A DNA stretch of 64,000 nt. It comes from a virus. A program made the translations under genes and the position numbers. The stretch lies in IMG/VR virus record IMGVR_UViG_3300034954_001721; one strand, 5' to 3'. The notes below the pieces were generated by a model. That model made no database searches, was not told the origin of the DNA, and saw only the letters and a program-made list of their open reading frames with translations. Numbering within the stretch: position 1 is the stretch's first letter; every line of letters starts with the position of its first letter. This document shows positions 17,790 to 27,071 of the stretch, one piece after another.

Positions 17790-18388
17790 AAGTGACTCCA
17801 TTTGATACCTACCAACATTATTTGTCACTCAAAAATCATTTTACAAATCCAAAATACGACTTCTTCAAGTATGGTGCGAAGACCCGTGCTAGTGTGACCT
17901 CTTTTAACAAGAGGAAAGACAAGTATTGGTTTGAGAAAACCTCTCGCAAATACTCTGATGAAGAGGTTGTTGATTTTTTGGTGTCAAATTTTTCTTCCGC
18001 CGATAACCCACAAAATCTATGGATTGGAGAAATTATCAATTCTGGCGAAAGGACTTACGCCGAATGGAAAAAACGGAGACAGAGTTCGACTTACTTGTTC
18101 AAAGAACAAAGCAACGGGTTGTTCTTGGAGAACGAATTCTCGAAACTGTTCGATTGTTCCAAAGGTCATCCTATCCTTCTGAAGGAGTATCTAAGCGGGA
18201 GATTATCTCTAGAAAACTTCGTCATCTACGACAAAATTTTCCATTTTTCTAAAAACTTTGATAAAAAACTGCTGGATCCTGTGTGGGAAACCGTAAGTTT
18301 GAAAATAAAGAAATATGAACCCTTCATAAATATTGACGTATTCAACTACAAAAGAATTCTAAAGGAGATTATTAGTAATGGCTCTTGA
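17786..18388 (+). CDS. gp59: Loader of the gp41 helicase, gp59
   Basis: YLSLKNHFT..KYDFFKY..K, FNKRKDKYWFEK; synteny. Confidence 0.88.
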   Translation: MKVTPFDTYQHYLSLKNHFTNPKYDFFKYGAKTRASVTSFNKRKDKYWFEKTSRKYSDEEVVDFLVSNFSSADNPQNLWIGEIINSGERTYAEWKKRRQSSTYLFKEQSNGLFLENEFSKLFDCSKGHPILLKEYLSGRLSLENFVIYDKIFHFSKNFDKKLLDPVWETVSLKIKKYEPFINIDVFNYKRILKEIISNGS

Positions 18389-18578
18389 CAATAAAACTGT
18401 TCTTGAAAATCTTATTAATCAGCGAACAGAACTTATCACACAGATTGAAACGTCCCGTGCAACTGTATTGAGGCTTGACGGTGCTATTGACGTGCTTCAG
18501 CAACTTATTGAATCTGCTGAAAAGACTGAAGAGACTGAAGAAGTCGCAGAAACTGAAGTAGTAGCAGAGAATGAGTGA
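18378..18578 (+). CDS. Hypothetical acidic coiled-coil protein
   Basis: AAGGAG SD; 66 aa. Confidence 0.55.
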   Translation: MALDNKTVLENLINQRTELITQIETSRATVLRLDGAIDVLQQLIESAEKTEETEEVAETEVVAENE

Positions 18579-18903
18579 TTTTTTTGATTCTGAAATTATT
18601 CAAGATGAATTAAAAGAAATCAATGAGTTGCAAGAGAGAATCTATGGTTCTCTCTTTAATTTTAATTCTATGTCCAACGAAGACAGATTAAAACATGTTG
18701 AAATACTGTCAAACTTGCTAGAAAAGCAAAAAGTGATGTATACTAGGTTATCTCTTTCGGAAGATCCTAAAGCGGTTGAAATGAAAGAGAACCTTCGCAA
18801 GTCAGTCGTAATGATGGGTTTTCCACCTGAGACCGACATGAGTATGCTATTCAATAGTATGAGTGCGACCATCGAGGCATTGAAAAATTACATTGACTCT
18901 TGA
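18571..18903 (+). CDS. Conserved cyanophage protein (DUF1825-like)
   Basis: FFDSEIIQDEL...LLEKQKVMYTRLSLSEDP. Confidence 0.65.
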   Translation: MSDFFDSEIIQDELKEINELQERIYGSLFNFNSMSNEDRLKHVEILSNLLEKQKVMYTRLSLSEDPKAVEMKENLRKSVVMMGFPPETDMSMLFNSMSATIEALKNYIDS

Positions 18904-18921
18904 TGGTTTCTTTGTTATAAT
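18893..18921 (+). promoter_or_regulatory. sigma70-type promoter for gp32
   Basis: TTGACT-17 nt-TATAAT. Confidence 0.75.
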
Positions 18922-18966
18922 ATCCAAGCAAATCCAACAAATCCAAACTAATCCGAGGTAATCTAA

Positions 18967-19902
18967 ATGTCTTTCGCAGACCTTAAAAAGCAATCCAAAC
19001 TGGGCTCCCTGACTCAAAAACTGGTCAAGGAAGTTGAAAAGATGAACAACAACGGTGGCGGTTCCGCCGATGACCGTTTCTGGAAACTGGAGTGTGATAA
19101 GAGCGGCAATGGTTATGCCGTCATCCGTTTCCTTCCTGCTCCTAACGGAGAAGATCTTCCCTTCGTCAAACTGTACTCTCATGCCTTCCAAGGTCCTGGC
19201 GGTTGGTACATTGAAAACTCTCTGACCACTCTGGGTCAGAAAGATCCTGTGTCTGAGTACAACTCTATGCTGTGGAACAACGGCACTGATGCAGGCAAAG
19301 ATGCTGCTCGTAAGCAGAAGCGTAAACTGACTTACATCAGCAACATCTATGTTGTGAAGGATCCTGCTAACCCTCAAAATGAAGGTCGTGTGATGCTGTA
19401 CAAGTACGGTAAGAAAATCTTTGACAAGATCACTGCCGCAATGCAACCCGAGTTCGAGGACGAGGAAGCAATCGATCCGTTTGACTTCTGGCAGGGTGCC
19501 AACTTCAAACTGAAGGCAAAGAACGTTGCTGGTTACCGTAACTATGACTCTTCTGAGTTTGCACGTCAAGATGCACTTCTAGAAGATGATGACGCTATGG
19601 AAGCAATCTGGAAGAAGCAGTCTTCTCTGTCTGAGTTCACTGCTGCTGACCAGTTCAAGGACTACGACGCACTGAAAAAGCGTCTGGACTATGTGCTGGG
19701 TAACAAAGGCACTCCTCGCTTCCACGACGAAGAGACTGTTATGGAAGAAGAACAGTTCCGTCGTGAGAACCGTGGTGCTACTCCTGCAGTGACTTCTACC
19801 CCTGGTGACTTTAATGCAGAAGACATCATTGCTCCTAGTTCCGCTTCAACCGTTGAAGAGGATGACACTCTGGCATACTTTGCTCGTCTTGCCGAAGAGT
19901 GA
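18967..19902 (+). CDS. gp32: Single-stranded DNA-binding protein gp32
   Basis: DDRFWKL..DKSGNGYAVIRFLPA, HAFQGPGGWYIENS, YKYGKKIFDKI, acidic C-terminus. Confidence 0.96.
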   Translation: MSFADLKKQSKLGSLTQKLVKEVEKMNNNGGGSADDRFWKLECDKSGNGYAVIRFLPAPNGEDLPFVKLYSHAFQGPGGWYIENSLTTLGQKDPVSEYNSMLWNNGTDAGKDAARKQKRKLTYISNIYVVKDPANPQNEGRVMLYKYGKKIFDKITAAMQPEFEDEEAIDPFDFWQGANFKLKAKNVAGYRNYDSSEFARQDALLEDDDAMEAIWKKQSSLSEFTAADQFKDYDALKKRLDYVLGNKGTPRFHDEETVMEEEQFRRENRGATPAVTSTPGDFNAEDIIAPSSASTVEEDDTLAYFARLAEE

Positions 19903-19970
19903 AGTCTGATTACACAACATACCGTGTAACTAAATCCGATGCCGCAGATTTACTTCTGCGGTTTCATTAT
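19899..19970 (+). pseudogene. Remnant 5' end of the Mom-like gene
   Basis: GTG-start frame VKSDYTTYRVTKSDAADLLLRFHY matches the N-terminus of 20376..20993 (14 of 24 positions counting the start). Confidence 0.7.
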
Positions 19971-19977
19971 TTTTTTT
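19941..19977 (+). terminator. Probable terminator after gp32
   Basis: GCCGCAGA-tttact-TCTGCGGT followed by a T-rich tract. Confidence 0.6.
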
Positions 19978-19980
19978 ATT

Positions 19981-20379
19981 ATGAAAAATCCTTGGAAAGC
20001 ACTTGTTCAAAAAGCAAAAACTGCTGCCCGTCCTGGACAAGAAAAGAAAAATGGAATTAAAAGAACAGAACCATTAGATGTTACTATTGATGAACAGTAT
20101 CTTATTCATCAATTTACTAGACAAAAAGGCATGTGTTACTGGACGGATTTTCCTATTGACCCACAGGGTATTTTTATAAGTCCCAATCCTCTTGCTCCCA
20201 GTTTAGAGAGATTAGATGAATCCCTTGGATATGTTCCAGGGAATGTTGTTATTGCTTTAAGACTTTTTAATCTTGGTAGACAGCGTTGTCCAGAGTCTAT
20301 GTTCAAAGAACAAGTACAATTGTTAAAAAATCATTTTTCTGGTGTTGATACTAGAAATGCGTTAGAAAAAATGTTATGA
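19981..20379 (+). CDS. HNH-like endonuclease, probable free-standing mobile gene
   Basis: QKGMCYWT...PSLERLDESLGYVPGNVVIA...NLGR resembles the SxDRID...GYxxGNV...N HNH variant; ATG 19981. Confidence 0.6.
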   Translation: MKNPWKALVQKAKTAARPGQEKKNGIKRTEPLDVTIDEQYLIHQFTRQKGMCYWTDFPIDPQGIFISPNPLAPSLERLDESLGYVPGNVVIALRLFNLGRQRCPESMFKEQVQLLKNHFSGVDTRNALEKML

Positions 20380-20993
20380 AATTAGATTTTTATATAGACC
20401 GTGTAACCAAATCACAATCAGCAGAACTACTTTTAAAATATCACTATCTAAAGGATATTTCTAAAGATTTCAAATCTGGATACAATTATGGTCTTTATGA
20501 AAATAATGATTTTAGTCCACTCAATATCGGTGGCATCAAGGGAGTCTGTATCTTTACGGGTCTCCCCGTTCCAGAAATAGCACAAGGAGCATTCGGTCTA
20601 GACCGAAATGAACAAGAAGGTCTCTTTGAACTTTCACGACTTTGTATTCACCCTGACACACAACAAACAGAATATAATATTACTTCCTGGTTCGTATCCA
20701 GATGTATCAAACAGTTACGCAGAGAGACTAAAGTTAGGGCAATCATTTCTTACGCTGATAGCGACTTTCATGGTGGTACAATCTATCGAGCTTGTAACTT
20801 TAAATATTGTGGGCTTACAGATGCTAAAAAAGACTTCTATTATGCAGACGGTACCAAGCACTCACGCGGCAAAATGAAAGGTGTTGAGGGAGAATGGAAA
20901 TATCGATCCCGTAAACACCGATATGTAATGGTATTTGATAAAAAATTAGATCTCTTATGGACCGATGAGTCTAGTGTTGTCAGTCTTAATTAA
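20376..20993 (+). CDS. Mom-like (GNAT-fold) DNA modification protein
   Basis: HYL, ELSRLC, AIISYAD, HxGTIYRACNFxYxG resemble phage Mu Mom family motifs. Confidence 0.65.
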   Translation: MKLDFYIDRVTKSQSAELLLKYHYLKDISKDFKSGYNYGLYENNDFSPLNIGGIKGVCIFTGLPVPEIAQGAFGLDRNEQEGLFELSRLCIHPDTQQTEYNITSWFVSRCIKQLRRETKVRAIISYADSDFHGGTIYRACNFKYCGLTDAKKDFYYADGTKHSRGKMKGVEGEWKYRSRKHRYVMVFDKKLDLLWTDESSVVSLN

Positions 20994-21662
20994 TCTTTCA
21001 TTGATAAACTGAGAACTTTCACTATAGTTCATAATAGTTCTTATTTCACTCAAATATTGTCCCAAGTATTTTGATTTTAATAAGAATATCTTTCTCTTCT
21101 TTTCATTTTGAATTGTTTCATAAACAAAGTTTGAAATACCAATTACTGGATTGATGTCACCTGTTCCTGTGTACTTAGTATTTTCATATGCACCTGTTGC
21201 AACATAACTATTACCTGTGATAGTAGCATCATAGGGTGCAGGAATAGAAAAATCTTGGTCAACTCTCTGACCAGGAGGAAGAATTAACCGACCCTTGGAG
21301 TCTTTTACTTCGAGGGTTTCATAATGATGAATATCATTTAATTTTGTACCATATTTGTTTTCTGCATAAACGTAGAGATCTTTATTGGAGAGTGGCCATT
21401 GGTCTCTAATGTTTGTTATACCTGCAGTTAATACAACAACCCAGTCCAATTCAGAGGAACCATAAAATGTTTCTGCAATCGTGTCTGGTCGTTGACCTTG
21501 AAGAATAGTATACTTAGAATATAAAGTTGTTTTATCTTGAATAGAATCTCTAACCTTTACTCTACGGAAAAGATTTTTGATAGCAACATATTCTTTTGAA
21601 GAAATTTTATGTTGAAGATTTGACTGATATGCAATATCAGGTAGTTCTCTAAAATAAGACAT
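20955..21662 (-). CDS. gp53: Baseplate wedge protein gp53
   Basis: YFRELP, RPDTIA..YG....WVV......I..QWPL, IHHYE. Confidence 0.85.
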   Translation of the reverse strand: MSYFRELPDIAYQSNLQHKISSKEYVAIKNLFRRVKVRDSIQDKTTLYSKYTILQGQRPDTIAETFYGSSELDWVVVLTAGITNIRDQWPLSNKDLYVYAENKYGTKLNDIHHYETLEVKDSKGRLILPPGQRVDQDFSIPAPYDATITGNSYVATGAYENTKYTGTGDINPVIGISNFVYETIQNEKKRKIFLLKSKYLGQYLSEIRTIMNYSESSQFINERLIKTDNTRLIGP

Positions 21663-22774
21663 CAGTAACCTACTCCTGTACCAGCTGCGAGTGCTGTATC
21701 ACCTTCTACTTCATAATCATCAGCATAAATTGGATTGATTTCTTTAAATGTAAATTGCATGGTCATATGAACTGGTGTTCCATCATCATATGTTGCATAA
21801 GTATTTGACCCAGTATAATTAACTGACATATCTGTTACTACGCCAGTTTTCATTTTGTTCAAGAATGGATGTGGATCTGTACCAGACATATATCTCAATT
21901 TAAATAGTTTGGGAGATTTAATAAAGATCGCAGGATTCTCTCCTTTTCTTGGCATCATTCCTCGTTTAATTGTTCGTATTATTAGTGCAACTTCATTTGC
22001 TTCATCAGGATTTCTAGGTGCAAAATCAAAGGCAAATGGGAAAGACCTTAGAGTGACATTATTGAAGAGTAACTCTAAATTTGATTGTAGAATTTGACCA
22101 CTTGCTCTGGTGATAATTGATTGTGGATTTACATTAGCACCTAATTGATTGATTGCTACTGACGATAATCCATCTTTTAATGCCCTTATTTCATTAGGAC
22201 CAACTCCCAGTCCTTTTAAATCTTTAAATACTTCAGTTACATCTTCAGTACCAAAGGGTCTTATCTGACCAGTCTTAGCGTCGGGTACAATAGCACCTGC
22301 AGCCTTAAGACCAGCGACTTGTAAAGGATTTAAAGAATCTTCAGCATATCCAACAGACATAGCGTCAGAGATACTTTGTGGCATCGGCAGATATATCTGC
22401 TGAAGATTGGTCATCAATTTTTTCTCTTCTTCAGTACCTTCTAGAATCTTTTCTATTTTATCCGCTTTGTTTCCTAGTCCAGAAAGCAAATCTGTTAACT
22501 TTTGACCCTTAGTATCTTTATCAGTCAGTCCATAAATGTCTTGATTACTTTCATAATCAAATATTGACATTGACAAATAATCTGCAGTTGCGTCAAGTCT
22601 TTGCTTTGGATATCTCAACACTAAAGGGTCATTATTCGTACCCTGAGTACCAGCATCTGGAGTAGTTGCAGTTTGATTTGATTGTCCGGCAAGAATTTCG
22701 GCAGCACTGAATCCATTAAATGAAAGTGGATTTGTAAATGAATCTGCTATTAATGCACTATAGTCGTCTTCCAT
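21662..22774 (-). CDS. gp48: Baseplate tail-tube cap gp48
   Basis: IYLPMP, ELLF..VTLRSFxFxFxFxPRN..EA, MxVNYT, FKEINPI. Confidence 0.85.
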   Translation of the reverse strand: MEDDYSALIADSFTNPLSFNGFSAAEILAGQSNQTATTPDAGTQGTNNDPLVLRYPKQRLDATADYLSMSIFDYESNQDIYGLTDKDTKGQKLTDLLSGLGNKADKIEKILEGTEEEKKLMTNLQQIYLPMPQSISDAMSVGYAEDSLNPLQVAGLKAAGAIVPDAKTGQIRPFGTEDVTEVFKDLKGLGVGPNEIRALKDGLSSVAINQLGANVNPQSIITRASGQILQSNLELLFNNVTLRSFPFAFDFAPRNPDEANEVALIIRTIKRGMMPRKGENPAIFIKSPKLFKLRYMSGTDPHPFLNKMKTGVVTDMSVNYTGSNTYATYDDGTPVHMTMQFTFKEINPIYADDYEVEGDTALAAGTGVGY

Positions 22775-22797
22775 TATGGACGGTACTTTTTAAGTAT

Positions 22798-23337
22798 TTA
22801 GCTACTCATTGCAAAATCTGCTAAAGGAAGCATAAGAACATCCCTTAACTCAGATGGGTAGATTTCATAAATGCCATCAGTCACTACTTCATTAGCAAGA
22901 TATCGTCTTACTGACTGACCTTTACCTAACCAATGATAATTTTCTGCAATCCAACCATCTTCTAGTGGTGTACGCATCTGAACTACAGGATTTTTATCAT
23001 ATCTTATACCAGGTGTGATTGCACGATAGCGATAAACATATAACTTACCAGGTATTGGTGCATCTGCTTTATCCAATACTTTTATCAGTTCGTTGATTAC
23101 AATATCTGGGTCTCTGACACCCGTCACATTGTTTGTTACTACACGAATTCTATTTCTGTTCGTGTCAGTATCAGTTGGTCTATTTTTAGCAGGTCTTGGG
23201 TCTCTACGTATCCCATCATCATATACATTAGAACCAACTTCAATATTAAGATCGCTACTAGAAGTTACCTCACCAGTTTCGTAAATATAAAAATATTTGC
23301 TTCCAATTTTACCACCAGACTTAATGGTTCGTGCCAT
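22798..23337 (-). CDS. DNA end protector gp2-like protein
   Basis: PGKLYVYRY......YDKNP.V, NYHW, L.LP; position between gp48 and gp4. Confidence 0.55.
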   Translation of the reverse strand: MARTIKSGGKIGSKYFYIYETGEVTSSSDLNIEVGSNVYDDGIRRDPRPAKNRPTDTDTNRNRIRVVTNNVTGVRDPDIVINELIKVLDKADAPIPGKLYVYRYRAITPGIRYDKNPVVQMRTPLEDGWIAENYHWLGKGQSVRRYLANEVVTDGIYEIYPSELRDVLMLPLADFAMSS

Positions 23338-23774
23338 TACTTGATACCTAATTCTTTTTCAGTTAATACTTTGAACTCCCACATTCTATCTTCACAAAAT
23401 TCTCTCGCTGCTTTCCACTTCGCTTGATTCTTAGCGTATTCGTATGCCTCGTTAAGATACTTCTTTGTTTGTCTTTTTGGTTTTGATGGAGGAGAACATT
23501 GTTTTAGTGGTTTAATTTCAATCAGTGATCGTTTGATTCTACCACCAACGTCTTTATACTTAATGTAGAAGTCTGGGAAGTATCTATGAATTCTATTATC
23601 AACAGGTGAACGATATGGGAGAACAATCTCTTCACTACCCCACTCTAATATATTTTCGTTATTATCACAGTAAACCATGAACTTTCGTTCCCATAAGGAA
23701 CGATAAACAATATTGGTTGGGTCACCCTTATATTTCTTGGGATGTGATGGTGAATATTTTCCCTTGTATGACAT
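23337..23774 (-). CDS. gp4: Head completion nuclease gp4
   Basis: KYKGDPTNIVYRSLWERKFM, WGSEE, HRYFPDF, IEIKP, NQAKWKAA. Confidence 0.92.
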   Translation of the reverse strand: MSYKGKYSPSHPKKYKGDPTNIVYRSLWERKFMVYCDNNENILEWGSEEIVLPYRSPVDNRIHRYFPDFYIKYKDVGGRIKRSLIEIKPLKQCSPPSKPKRQTKKYLNEAYEYAKNQAKWKAAREFCEDRMWEFKVLTEKELGIK

Positions 23775-23775
23775 C

Positions 23776-23807
23776 TAAATAACTAATAATCTCATATAAG
23801 ATATTTA
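23776..23807. promoter_or_regulatory. Face-to-face pair of late promoters (TAAATA on + at 23776-81 and on - at 23802-07)
   Basis: Both motifs lie in the 35-bp gap between divergent gp4 and gp54. Confidence 0.6.
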
Positions 23808-23809
23808 GA

Positions 23810-24682
23810 GTGCCTAGACCGTTTCCCAAAAAGATATCGCAGATAAAACCTCTTATATCAAACGTAGCACTTACATCAAACTATTTGGTACAGTTTGGTG
23901 GATTTACTCCAAAGTTAATGACATATCTCAAACAAAGAGGTATGGATAGTAGATTTCTTGGAGAAGAAATTGGTCTTCTTTGTTCTAGAGGATCTTTACC
24001 TGGAAGTAGTTTTGCTACAGCAGATATTATAGGAAATTTTCAAGGTGTCACCGAGAGGATGATACACACAAGACAATTTGTCCAGATGGATTTGGACTTT
24101 TATGTTGATAATGAGTATCGTGCATTAAAGTTTCTTGAACATTGGATGGAATTTGCTTCTAGTGGTTCCACTACTGGTCTTGATGCTCAAGATCCAGTAA
24201 AGAGAGGTTATTATTTTAGAATGAGATATCCTGATGAATATAAATGTGATTATACTAAAATTGTAAAATTTGAAAAGGATTACAAGAGATATATTGAGTA
24301 TAGATTTATTGGATTGTTCCCAATATCATTGAATGCCACTACAGTTTCATATGAAGGATCGCAGATACTAAAAGCAACTGCATCATTTAACTATGAACGT
24401 TATATTGCAGGACAATCATATTCTATCAATTACGCTACTGGGACAGATAATAATAAAGAAGGAGCGACTACTGGAAATCCAGGTAATGCTGGAGATTATG
24501 CTTCCACAGTTTTAGATACTGGAATCACATTACCTGCTGACGGAAGTTTTAATAATCTTGCAGGTCTTTTCAATAATAGTTCTAGTGCTAGTGCATTTAA
24601 TATATCTAATAGTTCGATATTGAACAGTCAATTTGATAGTAGTCCCAGTGTGTATGATTCAACATTTGAAATCAACATTTGA
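23810..24682 (+). CDS. gp54: Baseplate tail-tube initiator gp54 (gp19-like fold)
   Basis: LLC....LPG.S.AT, FYVD..Y....FLE.WM, FPIS, F.Y; GTG start; synteny. Confidence 0.7.
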   Translation: MPRPFPKKISQIKPLISNVALTSNYLVQFGGFTPKLMTYLKQRGMDSRFLGEEIGLLCSRGSLPGSSFATADIIGNFQGVTERMIHTRQFVQMDLDFYVDNEYRALKFLEHWMEFASSGSTTGLDAQDPVKRGYYFRMRYPDEYKCDYTKIVKFEKDYKRYIEYRFIGLFPISLNATTVSYEGSQILKATASFNYERYIAGQSYSINYATGTDNNKEGATTGNPGNAGDYASTVLDTGITLPADGSFNNLAGLFNNSSSASAFNISNSSILNSQFDSSPSVYDSTFEINI

Positions 24683-24731
24683 ATTCTTCTGATTCCCATC
24701 TAAATAATTTCACTGATGTGCAAGGATTGTA

Positions 24732-25448
24732 ATGCCTTTACCAAAAATTAATACACCAACTTATGAGTTGGTGATTCCTTCAACTGGAAAAAAAGTTAAG
24801 TATAGACCTTTTCTAGTCAAGGAAGAAAAGATTCTTATTATGGCAATGGAAAGTGAAGATACTGTACAAATAACTAATGCCGTTAAAGATGTAATTAAAA
24901 GTTGCATTAGCACCCGTGGTGTTAAAGTTGAAGAACTTGCAACATTTGATATTGAATATTTGTTCCTCAATATTCGTGGTAAATCTGTAGGTGAAGAGGT
25001 TGAAGTTCTTGTAACTTGTCCTGATGATGGTGTAACAAAAGTTCCAACAACGATTGCACTTGATGATATTATGATTCAAGTTGATGAAAATCATTCTCGT
25101 GATATTAGATTAGATGAGAATCTAACTTTGAGAATGAAGTATCCATCAATGGATCAGTTTGTGAAAACTAACTTTGCAATGTCCGATATTAATGTAGATG
25201 ATACCTTTGAAATTATTGGTTCATGTATTGAACAAATTTATAATGAAGAGGAATCTTGGTCTGCAAAAGACTGTACCAAGAAAGAGATTCGTGACTTTCT
25301 TGAGCAACTTAGTTCTAAGCAATTCAAAGAAGTTGAAGATTTCTTTGTAACCATGCCAAAGTTGTCTCATACTATTAAGGTAAAAAATCCTAACACTGAA
25401 GTTGAAAATGATATCTTATTGGAAGGGTTAGCATCTTTTTTCGCATAA
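24732..25448 (+). CDS. gp26: Baseplate hub subunit gp26
   Basis: MPLPKI.TPTYEL..PS.GK..KYRPFLVKEEKIL, FDIEYLFL.IR.KSVGE, LEGLASFF. Confidence 0.92.
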   Translation: MPLPKINTPTYELVIPSTGKKVKYRPFLVKEEKILIMAMESEDTVQITNAVKDVIKSCISTRGVKVEELATFDIEYLFLNIRGKSVGEEVEVLVTCPDDGVTKVPTTIALDDIMIQVDENHSRDIRLDENLTLRMKYPSMDQFVKTNFAMSDINVDDTFEIIGSCIEQIYNEEESWSAKDCTKKEIRDFLEQLSSKQFKEVEDFFVTMPKLSHTIKVKNPNTEVENDILLEGLASFFA

Positions 25449-25450
25449 GT

Positions 25451-25630
25451 ATGGCTCATACTGACCTTGAGTCATACTTCCGAATTAATTTTGCCTTGAT
25501 GCATCATCATAAATACTCTTTGACAGAGTTAGAAAATATGATACCTTGGGAGAAAGAAATTTATCTTACTTTCCTCCAACAGTATATTGAAGAAGAAAAC
25601 CTGAAGGCACAACAACAGCAGAATGGTTAA
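25451..25630 (+). CDS. gp51: Baseplate hub assembly protein gp51
   Basis: Read by hand: MAHTDLESYFRINFALMHHHKYSLTELENMIPWEKEIY...; follows gp26. Confidence 0.85.
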   Translation: MAHTDLESYFRINFALMHHHKYSLTELENMIPWEKEIYLTFLQQYIEEENLKAQQQQNG

Positions 25631-27071
25631 TTCAGCACTAATAGGAAGAAGAACAACAATATCTGCTGCTGCATTTACTGGTAGGGCAGTTGCTCCTGGT
25701 GCTGTTGCACAACCAGATCCTACTACAACTGCATTAATTAATAAGAATTCATTACAGTTAGGTGTTGTATCCAATCAAATACAAAATTTGACTGCCCAAG
25801 TGAATTCTTTGTCGGGTTCTATGACTGTGATTGCTAATAGTTTAGCAACATCTCAAGCATTAGAAAGAAGAAAGGAACAGCAAGAATTATTACTTGAGAG
25901 AAGATTAGCAGAACAACAACTGAGAGAAGGTAAAGAGTCTGCAATTGAGAAAAAAATACAAACAAAAACAATTGCACCTGCAGAGAGATTATCAGGCAGA
26001 GCACAAATTACTTTAGGAAGACTTGGTAACTTCTTCTTTACATTATTAGGTGGATGGTTAGCAATAAATGCAATAAAAGTATTAAATGCTCTCAGTGATG
26101 GAAACGAAAAAGAATTAAGAAGATTACAAGATAGTATTGTATCCAATCTAGTTAAGATTGGATCTGTAATGCTAGCAGGTAAAGCAGCATTAGCATTACT
26201 CACTTTAAGATTTAAAGCTTTTGCTCTTCTTGCTGGTGGTGCTGCTATAGCAAATTATTTCTCAGATCCAATTGCACAGTTTATCAATACAGTAATTGAA
26301 GCTGCAAAGCAGGGTCTTCCAGGATTATTCAATTTATTTAAGGGAGCTCCTATAGATGATCCAACAACACCCCCTTCTAAATTAAATTTACCAGATACTC
26401 CAAATGGCAATGAAAATAATGGTAATAATCAGCAAGAACCACCTGATGAAGGACCTCCACCAATAGAAGGTCTTGATCCAACGACGCCACCAGATAATCT
26501 AAATGGAACTGGTGGTCCATCTTTAGATCCAAATATACAACCAATTACTCCTGTAATGGGTAGACAACCCATGTCAGCAGGTCAACTGGCAGGCAATGAG
26601 GAAGGAGCACCAATAGATCCAGATGTACCAGCGGAGTATGGTGAAACTGAGATGAATGTTAATGTAGAACCAGCAAATGTTCCTATTGAAGGTGACCCCT
26701 CTGCCGGATTAGAACCTGGTCAGATTACACAAGGTGACACTACATTATCGGATATGGGATATAGTGTCGGTGAGATACAAAGATTTGTAGACCAGGAGAA
26801 ATATATTGGTAGAACAGGACAACTTCCTGCAAATATGTTTACTCCTATAAGTAGAGATGATTCTGTTGCAAGAACTATAGCACAATCAACTGAACCAGGT
26901 GTAACGGTTGTCCCCATACCTATAGAACAGGCGCAAGCACAAGAAACACAACCAATTGAGACTCCTGCTGCTCAGGGTGCCATTTCTGGTGTTCCAAATA
27001 TACCAACTGCAAATAAAGATAACATTTATCTGCTTGGTGCATATTCTAACTTTAACGTGGTACCTAGCTAA
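25623..27071 (+). CDS. Baseplate hub / tape-measure-region protein (gp29-like position)
   Basis: Coiled coil, hydrophobic segments, Pro-rich tail; synteny after gp51. Confidence 0.5.
   Translation: MVNSALIGRRTTISAAAFTGRAVAPGAVAQPDPTTTALINKNSLQLGVVSNQIQNLTAQVNSLSGSMTVIANSLATSQALERRKEQQELLLERRLAEQQLREGKESAIEKKIQTKTIAPAERLSGRAQITLGRLGNFFFTLLGGWLAINAIKVLNALSDGNEKELRRLQDSIVSNLVKIGSVMLAGKAALALLTLRFKAFALLAGGAAIANYFSDPIAQFINTVIEAAKQGLPGLFNLFKGAPIDDPTTPPSKLNLPDTPNGNENNGNNQQEPPDEGPPPIEGLDPTTPPDNLNGTGGPSLDPNIQPITPVMGRQPMSAGQLAGNEEGAPIDPDVPAEYGETEMNVNVEPANVPIEGDPSAGLEPGQITQGDTTLSDMGYSVGEIQRFVDQEKYIGRTGQLPANMFTPISRDDSVARTIAQSTEPGVTVVPIPIEQAQAQETQPIETPAAQGAISGVPNIPTANKDNIYLLGAYSNFNVVPS

Noticed and set aside
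18847-19569. 240-aa minus-strand ORF
   Set aside because: Antisense shadow of the strongly codon-biased gp32 gene; no recognisable motifs.
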